Source: Patescibacteria group bacterium
GTDB taxonomy: Bacteria; Patescibacteriota; Microgenomatia; UBA10105; UBA927
Reading direction: 5' to 3'
NCBI GenBank assembly: GCA_023379025.1
Contig: JAMCTH010000010.1
Location: forward strand, 9,088-73,087
DNA: 64,000 bases
A program made the position numbers and the translations under genes. Positions 56,807-64,000 of the stretch are shown here, one piece after another. How positions within the stretch are numbered: position 1 is the stretch's first letter; the number at the start of each line of letters is the position of its first letter. The notes beneath the pieces were generated by a model that worked only from the letters and a program-made list of their open reading frames with translations, searched no databases and was not told the DNA's origin.

Positions 56807-57532
56807 CTACCTCTCAATAGGTAGACTACCACCTTCAGGTGCCAATTGATTCCCTTCAAATGATTTACCGAGCGCATATCCTGCAAATAACCGGACCTGA
56901 CGCAGGAATTCATGCTCTGAAATGAGATGATTGTCTATCGGACAATATCGTTCACCTAATTCTGCTCTTTCTCTCTCTCTAAAACCGGCACTATCTCCGA
57001 ACCAGTCCATAAAATCAGCTCGTGAGATGGCATGGGGTCGCGCGTCATTTCTCGCAAAACGTGTGTCGACCGGTGAACGGATATCCAGAACCCAGGAATC
57101 TTCAAGCAATCCATGCGCACGCAGTCCATGGAGTAGCCAAAAAGGCGACTGATGGGCGGCAGGAGCTTCCGGTCCATAATCCATATCTTCTCCGTATGCC
57201 CATTCGACAAGGATGCATGCATCCCCGGAACCCTCATTTTTTTGAAACTCAACCAGTTCTCGAAGGATACGGTCATGCGCTCTATTGATCGTTTCCCCGT
57301 CCAGCGGATGAACCTGAAGTGATCCGATTTCCTCTCCTCCAATAATTTCGGCATGCAACCCATGGCTCACACCGTCTCCTACCTCGACATCGGCGACAAC
57401 CTCCTCATCGAATGCGATTTTATCATTCCAGATATACGCCCTCATACCCTGAACTTCCGCCAAAAATTCTATATGACTTACTGCTGCCGATTTACCGGCA
57501 CCCGACTGCCCGACAAAAAATAGTATATTCAT
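56807..57532 (-). CDS. Divergent P-loop NMP-kinase-like protein (paralog 3)
   Basis: GQSGAGKS; lid R..R...R; shared DG..N..H and E.A.G motifs. Confidence 0.7.
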   Translation of the reverse strand: MNILFFVGQSGAGKSAAVSHIEFLAEVQGMRAYIWNDKIAFDEEVVADVEVGDGVSHGLHAEIIGGEEIGSLQVHPLDGETINRAHDRILRELVEFQKNEGSGDACILVEWAYGEDMDYGPEAPAAHQSPFWLLHGLRAHGLLEDSWVLDIRSPVDTRFARNDARPHAISRADFMDWFGDSAGFRERERAELGERYCPIDNHLISEHEFLRQVRLFAGYALGKSFEGNQLAPEGGSLPIER

Positions 57533-57577
57533 GGCGTTTAGATACAAAACATCCCGACCGATCCAAATCCGTTTCTT

Positions 57578-58360
57578 CTAAAGCTCAGGATGGGGCCTAC
57601 CCACCCCTTCCAGACCAAGTTGCGGCATGATAAAATCATGAAATGCGGCCTCTATCTGTGTCATGTATATAGATGCTTCTTCCCGTGTTCTTCCCTCATT
57701 TAAAATTAGTCTATAATCTTCTCCTAAACGGGAAATGTCCTCGTCAGTCATATATCCTGCATCAAAAAAATAATCCCGAACTACATCCTCTGGTACTGCA
57801 TTTCCTATCCGCTGAGTTACGCGCTCCACACGTTGATCGAGGGGTGCACGGATATCTATAATTGCAACCTCACCAAGAAGGTCACGCTTTTCAATCCAGT
57901 CAATGACATCAGGCCCACTTTGTCTGATTGCTTCTTCGCCAGCGGTAATCTCTTTACTCACTCCCGTTGCAACTTCTGCAACAAGAATACGTCGTTTCCC
58001 TTCATGGCCATTTCTTCGCTGTGCCATAACATGATCACGGATCAGATCAAACTGCATTGCGTGCGCCCGATTGAGTACCGCCCCGTCACGATATCCCATG
58101 GTATGATTTCCTGGAACACGTCCGTCTGTTAATGTGCTGTGGTGTCCTACTCCGACGAGATCAGGATCGTAAGGATCTCCACCCTGCCGGTCAACGACAT
58201 CCAAACGCACAGCCCATTCCAAATGGAGCCGGTCATCAGAAAGGTCTGTATCGTATCCGAGTTTCCTAAGCCTCGGTAGGACAACCTGTTGTGTCAGTGT
58301 TGTCTTCCCTGCCCCCGCGTGTCCGAGGGCGATAAGGACGGATTTAGGTTGACCATTCAT
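57578..58360 (-). CDS. Divergent P-loop NMP-kinase-like protein (paralog 2)
   Basis: GHAGAGKT; same shared motifs. Confidence 0.7.
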   Translation of the reverse strand: MNGQPKSVLIALGHAGAGKTTLTQQVVLPRLRKLGYDTDLSDDRLHLEWAVRLDVVDRQGGDPYDPDLVGVGHHSTLTDGRVPGNHTMGYRDGAVLNRAHAMQFDLIRDHVMAQRRNGHEGKRRILVAEVATGVSKEITAGEEAIRQSGPDVIDWIEKRDLLGEVAIIDIRAPLDQRVERVTQRIGNAVPEDVVRDYFFDAGYMTDEDISRLGEDYRLILNEGRTREEASIYMTQIEAAFHDFIMPQLGLEGVGRPHPEL

Positions 58361-58380
58361 ATTTTAATTCTGATTCTCTT

Positions 58381-59097
58381 TTAACGTAATTCACCCTGTA
58401 TTCGGCCTTCATTGCTTAATCTTGGTGATACAATGTCCGTATATATTGTCTCTACTTCCCGTGCAAATCGCACCGGATCATGATAGCCGTTTTCTAATCG
58501 ATGAAAAAAAATACCATGAGCTTGTGCCTCCAGTGCGTCTACTTCTCCGCCATCCTGAAAGTACCGGCGGAATGTTTCATCATCCAGTCCGTCCGGTCTT
58601 CCGGAGTTCCGCAGAGCGCGAATTTCAAGGGGAGCTTCCACATCTAAAAGAAACAATCTGCCACCGGCACGAGTCTCATGAATCCCTCCCAGAAGTGATG
58701 ACCCATCTTGCAACAGTCTCTCTTTCCCCGGACCAAATTCTGCAACAGGGCCGGTAGCATATTCGACGATAACTACTGCTCCTTCTCTTTGCTGATTCCC
58801 GACATACGCAATCATTTGTTCGTGCACTTCGTTAAGTAATCTGCCGTCAGTAACCCTGAACTGCCTATGCCCCGCAGGGCCGTCATTTAAGAGAATGCTA
58901 TGATTCCCACGTAAACCTTCCGATCCGATCACTTGTCCGCGATAAGCAACATCGAGAAGTACTGCTTGCTCAAGCCAGGTTCTGTCGGATACCGTCATGA
59001 CAGTGTATCCGTCTCTCGTCAGCAATACCTCAAAAAGATCTACCACCTCTGATTTACCTGATCCGGATTTTCCAGTAACAAATAGAGTATCTATCAT
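58381..59097 (-). CDS. Divergent P-loop NMP-kinase-like protein (paralog 1)
   Basis: GKSGSGKS; ATGA overlap with the tdk stop. Confidence 0.7.
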   Translation of the reverse strand: MIDTLFVTGKSGSGKSEVVDLFEVLLTRDGYTVMTVSDRTWLEQAVLLDVAYRGQVIGSEGLRGNHSILLNDGPAGHRQFRVTDGRLLNEVHEQMIAYVGNQQREGAVVIVEYATGPVAEFGPGKERLLQDGSSLLGGIHETRAGGRLFLLDVEAPLEIRALRNSGRPDGLDDETFRRYFQDGGEVDALEAQAHGIFFHRLENGYHDPVRFAREVETIYTDIVSPRLSNEGRIQGELR

Positions 59098-59744
59098 CCC
59101 TTATAGATTGTGTGGCAGGAAGAACAGACTGCTATGTACCGTGCTGTGACGCCGCCGGTTGTTCCGATCGACTGCTCGGTGCCGCCGGATACGCGCTCGG
59201 TGTGTTCGGCGCGTCCGCCGCATTTCACGCATATGCTGTACTGCTCGATACATTCATCAGCCATATTCATGAGGGGACGCGTTGCGCCGAACTCTTTCTT
59301 GCGAAAATCGTAAATAAGGCCATTGAGATATACATCAATCCCCTGGTTAAGAAGTGTGCGGACCACGTTGATAAACCGGTCGCGGGGGAAAAAATGGATC
59401 GCGTCGATAATGACTTTTTGGATCCCATCGCGGCCCACATAACCGAGTATTTTCTCCGGCTCATGCATACCGATATAGATGACCGGAAGCGGCCGCTCAT
59501 CGTGAGACCGGGTATGTCCCATACCACCATTACTTTTAGCTTCCGCCTTAAAACAGAGGATACTGAAACCAAGATTTGAGAGTACGGAAAAGAGAGTCAG
59601 GAGCTTTGTGGTTTTCCCGGCAAACATGGGCCCGGCGATGACCGTAAGTTTGCCTTTTGTTTTTGTCTGGGTCGCGGATCGCGCCTTTCGTCCGGAAAGG
59701 CTTGTGGGCTTGGCGGGAGTTGATTTATGCGTTTTTTTTCGCAT
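59094..59744 (-). CDS. tdk: Thymidine kinase (type II) homolog with altered catalytic motif
   Basis: GPMFAGKTT, SH, GL..DF...F, C..C and Y.AVC..CH Zn lasso; DAIHF in place of DEAQF. Confidence 0.85.
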   Translation of the reverse strand: MRKKTHKSTPAKPTSLSGRKARSATQTKTKGKLTVIAGPMFAGKTTKLLTLFSVLSNLGFSILCFKAEAKSNGGMGHTRSHDERPLPVIYIGMHEPEKILGYVGRDGIQKVIIDAIHFFPRDRFINVVRTLLNQGIDVYLNGLIYDFRKKEFGATRPLMNMADECIEQYSICVKCGGRAEHTERVSGGTEQSIGTTGGVTARYIAVCSSCHTIYKG

Positions 59745-60372
59745 CCGGCGGTTCCAATCGTTTACGGACTACACCCCAAATAATGGATGCCACCGCTTCC
59801 ATATCCTTGGTGGCATCAACAACAACATACCGCTCATGATACTTTTTTGCAAGAGCCAAATACCCCCCATGAACCCGGAGATAAAAATCTTCCTCTTGCA
59901 CATCTAACCGGTCAATCTTCGTGTCGTTACTTCGCCGGCGCAGTCCGCTTTGGACGTCCATAAAAAGAAGTATGGTCAGATCCGGTACCGCGCCGTTTAC
60001 CGCAAGTGCGTTGAGTCTCAAAACAACATCCGGTCCGAGCCGGCGGCCGTATCCCTGATATGCAATGCTGCTGTCAAGATACCGGTCGGAAATAACTATG
60101 TTCCCGGCGGCCAGGGCGGGACCGATAACCTCACGTACATGCTGGGCGCGCGATGCGGCCATGAGATACGCTTCCGCGACAGGATCAAGGTCTACATTTT
60201 CCCGGCTATGGGTAATGGCACGGATCTCTTCACCGATACGCGTGCCTCCCGGCTCGCGGGTCACCACGGGGTCATACCCTTCTTCTTTGAGCCTGCCGGC
60301 AAGCGCAAGGGTCTGCGTCGATTTTCCCGATCCCTCACCGCCCTCGAATGTGATGAATAGCCCGTGTTTCAT
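59725..60372 (-). CDS. tmk: Thymidylate kinase
   Basis: FITFEGGEGSGKSTQ, TREPGGT, SRAQH, SDRY.DSS.AYQG, PD. Confidence 0.96.
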   Translation of the reverse strand: MKHGLFITFEGGEGSGKSTQTLALAGRLKEEGYDPVVTREPGGTRIGEEIRAITHSRENVDLDPVAEAYLMAASRAQHVREVIGPALAAGNIVISDRYLDSSIAYQGYGRRLGPDVVLRLNALAVNGAVPDLTILLFMDVQSGLRRRSNDTKIDRLDVQEEDFYLRVHGGYLALAKKYHERYVVVDATKDMEAVASIIWGVVRKRLEPPDAKKNA

Positions 60373-60378
60373 ACAGTC

Positions 60379-61008
60379 CTAGTGTAATCCGGATGCTGGC
60401 AGAGAAGCAACCGCGGCGAGTATGTGTTCATGAATTTCGTCAATACCCGCTGATGCATCGATACGCGTGTGGGGAATATGACGGAGAACGTCCGCATAGG
60501 TCTTCCGTTTTTGAGAAAGAAGCTTAACCGATTCAAATGTGCCGATCGGTTCACCGGTCTTGGCATGCCGCAGGTTGATCCTCGTGAGGGCCCGGTCCGG
60601 AGCCATATCAAACCAGAAAAAAAGATCGGGTGACGGTTCGAATGCGGAAAATGCATCGCGTATCCGGTCACGTTCCTTTGTCGTTTTCCCCTGATAGACA
60701 AGTGCGCTCACCCAATTGCGGAGCGATATCACCCATGTACCACGGGCAAGCGCCGGCTCAAGCGTTTTCCTGACCATGCTTTCCCGGTCCGCAAGGAGAA
60801 GGTATAACTCACAGAGATGATCAATCTTTCTCGATCGCCTCCAGGCGTGAAGAACGGTCTTGAGTTCCGGAGACGGGTGGTACAGGAGTATGGCCGGCTG
60901 ATGACGGGTTTTGAGATGCCGTACCAAAAGTTTGCCCTGGGTTTCTTTGCCCGTCCCCGATATCCCTTCAAACACGATATAGTTCCCCCGGTGCATAGTG
61001 GCGTTCAC
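60379..61008 (-). CDS. Second, divergent thymidylate kinase-like protein
   Basis: IVFEGISGTGKETQ, ADR, S...YQG, PD, IDAS; LR replaces the DR motif. Confidence 0.8.
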   Translation of the reverse strand: MNATMHRGNYIVFEGISGTGKETQGKLLVRHLKTRHQPAILLYHPSPELKTVLHAWRRSRKIDHLCELYLLLADRESMVRKTLEPALARGTWVISLRNWVSALVYQGKTTKERDRIRDAFSAFEPSPDLFFWFDMAPDRALTRINLRHAKTGEPIGTFESVKLLSQKRKTYADVLRHIPHTRIDASAGIDEIHEHILAAVASLPASGLH

Positions 61009-61664
61009 CTCCCGATAAGGACGTCCTTTAGGGCATAGACGGTCGGAAGCGTGATGTCGGCAACATCGCTCGGCGTCTCCGACCAGACGAGGCAGGTATG
61101 CATCCCAAGGGCGCGGGCCGGCGCAAGGTCCACGGCGGGCCGGTCGCCGATCATCATATGGGAGGGCGCCGGAAGACCGGTATGTTTCATGATATACCGG
61201 AAACCCTCAACTGACGGTTTTGTCACCCCGACGGTTTCCGATGTCACCATAAGTTCAAAGGTTTCTTTCGGAATACCAAGAACGGCAAGTGTCTCGATGT
61301 GCCTTGCGATCACGCCGTTGGCGAGGATCATGTGGCGGTACCCGTGAAGCGAGCGGAACAGTGAAATGAGCTTGGGATCGCGTTTCAGGAAGTCGCGCCG
61401 GTCGAAATACCGTTCCATTTCAACGGCAGACTCGGCGACGGTCTGACCCGTCAGTACGGAAACGGTTTCCGTCGCACTTTGGATCGTCACTTTATACCGC
61501 GCTTTGAATTCACGGTCGGTCCGGTCGTAGTCCCACCCCGTATGAGCCATGATCGTTGTATATTCCGCCTGCCGCACCGCGGCAAAAAGCGCGGGATTCG
61601 GCCGGTAGAATGTACCGTCAAAATCCCATATGAGAACCCGTACGTCGGAAAACTGGGCATTCAT
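61005..61664 (-). CDS. HAD-superfamily hydrolase (nucleotidase-like)
   Basis: WDFDGT, KP, IGDR..VD..PA..LGM. Confidence 0.88.
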   Translation of the reverse strand: MNAQFSDVRVLIWDFDGTFYRPNPALFAAVRQAEYTTIMAHTGWDYDRTDREFKARYKVTIQSATETVSVLTGQTVAESAVEMERYFDRRDFLKRDPKLISLFRSLHGYRHMILANGVIARHIETLAVLGIPKETFELMVTSETVGVTKPSVEGFRYIMKHTGLPAPSHMMIGDRPAVDLAPARALGMHTCLVWSETPSDVADITLPTVYALKDVLIGR

Positions 61665-61690
61665 AGATGGTATGTATTGTAGCAGACTGG

Positions 61691-62356
61691 TTATTTTTTC
61701 CGAGGCAGGTGTAAGCGTTTGGCGACCTGACCGATAAGCATCGCCTGCGCTTCCCGGCTCCGGACGATATTGAGTCCGTCCGTCTGTATGATAAGTACGG
61801 GAATCGTGCTGTTGGCTTTCAGCCAATCATGGTTGAGTTTATCAAGAAGCGCCAGATAAGACTCCGGTATTTCCTGTTCGTAGCTCCTGCCGCGGGAGGC
61901 GATACGGCGCTCTAATACCGGGACACTCGTATCAAGATACACAAAAAGCGAGGGCTTCGGAAAGTAGGGTTCAAACGAAGTATATATTTTCTGATACAGC
62001 CGCCATTCGGCATCATCCATATGTCCCAGCATATGCTGCGCCCTGGCATAACTATAGACATCCTGTTCAATAGGAGTATCCTGTATTATTCCCGGACAGT
62101 TTTTCCCCCACTGGGGATCGTTCACTTCGCTCAGGACGCGTGCCGCATCCAGAATCTGCCGCGTTTTTTCCATAAGGAAAAACGTCTGAGAATGAAAGGC
62201 CCAGCGATCCATTTCGCGGTAGAAACGCGGTAAGAATACGTTTTCCCCGAAGTTTTCCTCAAGAAGCGTAAATCCGAAAGTTTCCGAAAGTAGCCGGGCC
62301 GCGGTCGTTTTGCCGCTTCCCATCGAGCCCATGACCGAAAGGTAGAGTCGCCGCAT
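61691..62356 (-). CDS. Deoxynucleoside kinase family protein
   Basis: GSMGSGKTT, FL..FY....RWAF.SQ.FFL, RI..RGR.YE, YL..L. Confidence 0.92.
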   Translation of the reverse strand: MRRLYLSVMGSMGSGKTTAARLLSETFGFTLLEENFGENVFLPRFYREMDRWAFHSQTFFLMEKTRQILDAARVLSEVNDPQWGKNCPGIIQDTPIEQDVYSYARAQHMLGHMDDAEWRLYQKIYTSFEPYFPKPSLFVYLDTSVPVLERRIASRGRSYEQEIPESYLALLDKLNHDWLKANSTIPVLIIQTDGLNIVRSREAQAMLIGQVAKRLHLPRKK

Positions 62357-62497
62357 TACTGTCTGTTGTAACACACATCCGAACGCATGAACAACGGCGA
62401 AAAATTGACATCCGACGACGGAATACCTACCATACACCTACGGGCACACATGATTGTGTACCCCGGAAAGGAGGCGGAACAAAGATCGGCAATTGCA

Positions 62498-62714
62498 GTT
62501 AAAAGCGTGTGGCCCCCTCTTTTTACGTAAAAAAGGGGGGGATACGAGGCAGGGGATCCCGAGCTCCAGCGAGGGAAATCGGACTTAGCAGAGAGAAAAC
62601 CGTAGGTTGTCTCTCCTAAAGCATCTGCGGAAACCCCTTGGCGGCACTTCCCGCCAGAAGAAAAACCGGAAAACGCTTTCGGTAACGGGAGCACTAAATG
62701 GCTTTTCACGAAGT
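62498..62714 (+). ncRNA. glmS ribozyme, variant
   Basis: AAAGCG.., P1 CCCCCT..GGGGGG, ACGAGG, P2 CAGGGG/CCCCTTG, P3 GGCGG-CACTTC-CCGCC with pseudoknot to GAAGT, P4/P4.1 with AAAAC, G-GTAA-C loop; directly upstream of glmS. Confidence 0.82.
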
Positions 62715-62785
62715 CCGTATCTTCTTTATCATCACCATTCTGTCTTCTTTTCCCAATAATTGTTCGGGCATACTGGAGGTACTAT

Positions 62786-64000
62786 ATGTGCGGAATTTTC
62801 GCTGTTGTAAACGATCCGGATCATCATGCAGCGCAAACAACGCTTGACGGACTGAAAAAACTGGAGTATCGGGGGTACGATTCCTGGGGCATCGCAGTTG
62901 TAGAACACAAAAACGGTACTCTTGCAATTGAAAAACATATCGGCAAAATCGGAGGTGCAACAACGGCGTTGCCTGCCGGAGATATCGCCATCGGACACAC
63001 GCGATGGGCCACCCACGGCGGGGTGACGGACGGCAATGCCCATCCGCATGTAGACTGCTCCGGCAGAATTGTGGTGATCCATAACGGCATCGTGGAAAAT
63101 TACCAGGAGCTCAAGCAAATGCTGCTCAGGCGTCATCATAGATTTACCTCCGAAACCGATACCGAAGTCATCGCCCACCTTATCGAAGATCGGGTAAAAT
63201 CAGAGTCCGTTGAAACTGCCGTACTCGGCGTTTTTAAAAACCTTGCCGGTTCAAATGCAATCGTTGTTCTCGATGCAAAAACGAATACCATTGTCGCGTG
63301 CCGGAACGGTTCCCCTCTGGCAGCCGGCGTAGGAAAGGGGCAGTTTTTCTTAGCATCCGATGTCACGCCGTTTCTTAAATTTACCCGGGATGTAGTGTTT
63401 CTAGCCGACGGTGAAGCGGTCATCTTGACAGCAACGAAGCTCAGGCTCCTTGATATCAAAACCGGAAAAGATAAGAGATTAACGCCCAGGCGTCTTGACT
63501 GGAAACTTGAAGATGCGGAAAAGGGCGGATATCCCCATTTTCTCCTCAAGGAAATTATGGATCAGGTGACAACCGTACCGAAAACCGCGCTCATAAACCG
63601 CAATGAGATAGCACACGTAGCACGCCGTCTCGAACGTGCCGATCGGATCGTGTTTACGGCATGCGGTACGGCGTCCTACTGTGCGCTCGCCGCGACATAC
63701 TTTTTCTCCGGGGTGGGCAGAGAAACCAAATCGTACGGCGCCTACGAATATACTCCATTTTCCGGATTCGCCGGCAAAAAAACGGTGCTGTTTGCCATAT
63801 CCCAAAGCGGTGAAACGGCAGATACCCTGATTGCCGCAAGAAACGCAAAGGCGCGCGGTGCATATGTCGTCGCGGTCGTCAATGCCCGCGGATCCGCCCT
63901 TGAACGCCTGGCCGATACGACGCTCCCGGTTGGTTCCGGCCCGGAAATCGCGGTCGTCTCGACGAAAGCCTTTACTTCGCAGCTTGCAACGATGTACCTC
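62786..64000 (+). CDS. glmS: Glutamine--fructose-6-phosphate aminotransferase, runs off window
   Basis: Not in the ORF track (open-ended). GGAGG SD, MCGIF, LEYRGYDS.G, GHTRWATHG, NAHPH, HNGIVEN, SETDTEV, SQSGETAD. Confidence 0.97.
   Translation, partial: MCGIFAVVNDPDHHAAQTTLDGLKKLEYRGYDSWGIAVVEHKNGTLAIEKHIGKIGGATTALPAGDIAIGHTRWATHGGVTDGNAHPHVDCSGRIVVIHNGIVENYQELKQMLLRRHHRFTSETDTEVIAHLIEDRVKSESVETAVLGVFKNLAGSNAIVVLDAKTNTIVACRNGSPLAAGVGKGQFFLASDVTPFLKFTRDVVFLADGEAVILTATKLRLLDIKTGKDKRLTPRRLDWKLEDAEKGGYPHFLLKEIMDQVTTVPKTALINRNEIAHVARRLERADRIVFTACGTASYCALAATYFFSGVGRETKSYGAYEYTPFSGFAGKKTVLFAISQSGETADTLIAARNAKARGAYVVAVVNARGSALERLADTTLPVGSGPEIAVVSTKAFTSQLATMYL

Overview
A 64-kb stretch of bacterial chromosome. 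Gene content and protein forms suggest a Patescibacteria/CPR organism, probably Microgenomates; this is an inference from the N-truncated RF1, ~150-aa EF-Ts, archaeal-type ProRS and many orphan membrane-anchored proteins. Most of the window is housekeeping: pepA, tRNA-Leu, dnaB, hisS, rpmE, prfA, htrA, ctpA, rpsF-ssb-rpsR, ychF, dus, cysS, recR, ahcY, ybaB-dnaX, ybeY, rpsU, proS, rseP-frr-tsf-rpsB, glyA, glmS. There is also an ApbE/FMN-binding/RnfD-FNR flavinylation cluster. The best candidate for an undescribed system is at ~5.0-11.1 kb. It comprises a TrpR/YerC(HisR)-type repressor, three tandem palindromic operators over a near-consensus promoter, and a His-rich leader peptide. These precede an orphan enzyme with the motif order of DIT1/PvcA isonitrile synthases, an amidohydrolase, an Xaa-Pro peptidase, hisS and a DMT transporter. 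Other notable items: (1) three divergent paralogous P-loop kinases inside a 7-kinase nucleotide-salvage gene cluster; (2) a variant glmS ribozyme; (3) a promoter-driven small RNA convergent with an NYN nuclease gene; (4) a Pro T-box with an orphan ORF between it and proS; (5) palindromic and short-repeat elements embedded in-frame in conserved genes; (6) a composite MITE with a 6-bp target duplication; (7) pervasive leaderless gene starts. All calls are from reading the sequence by eye; no searches were run.
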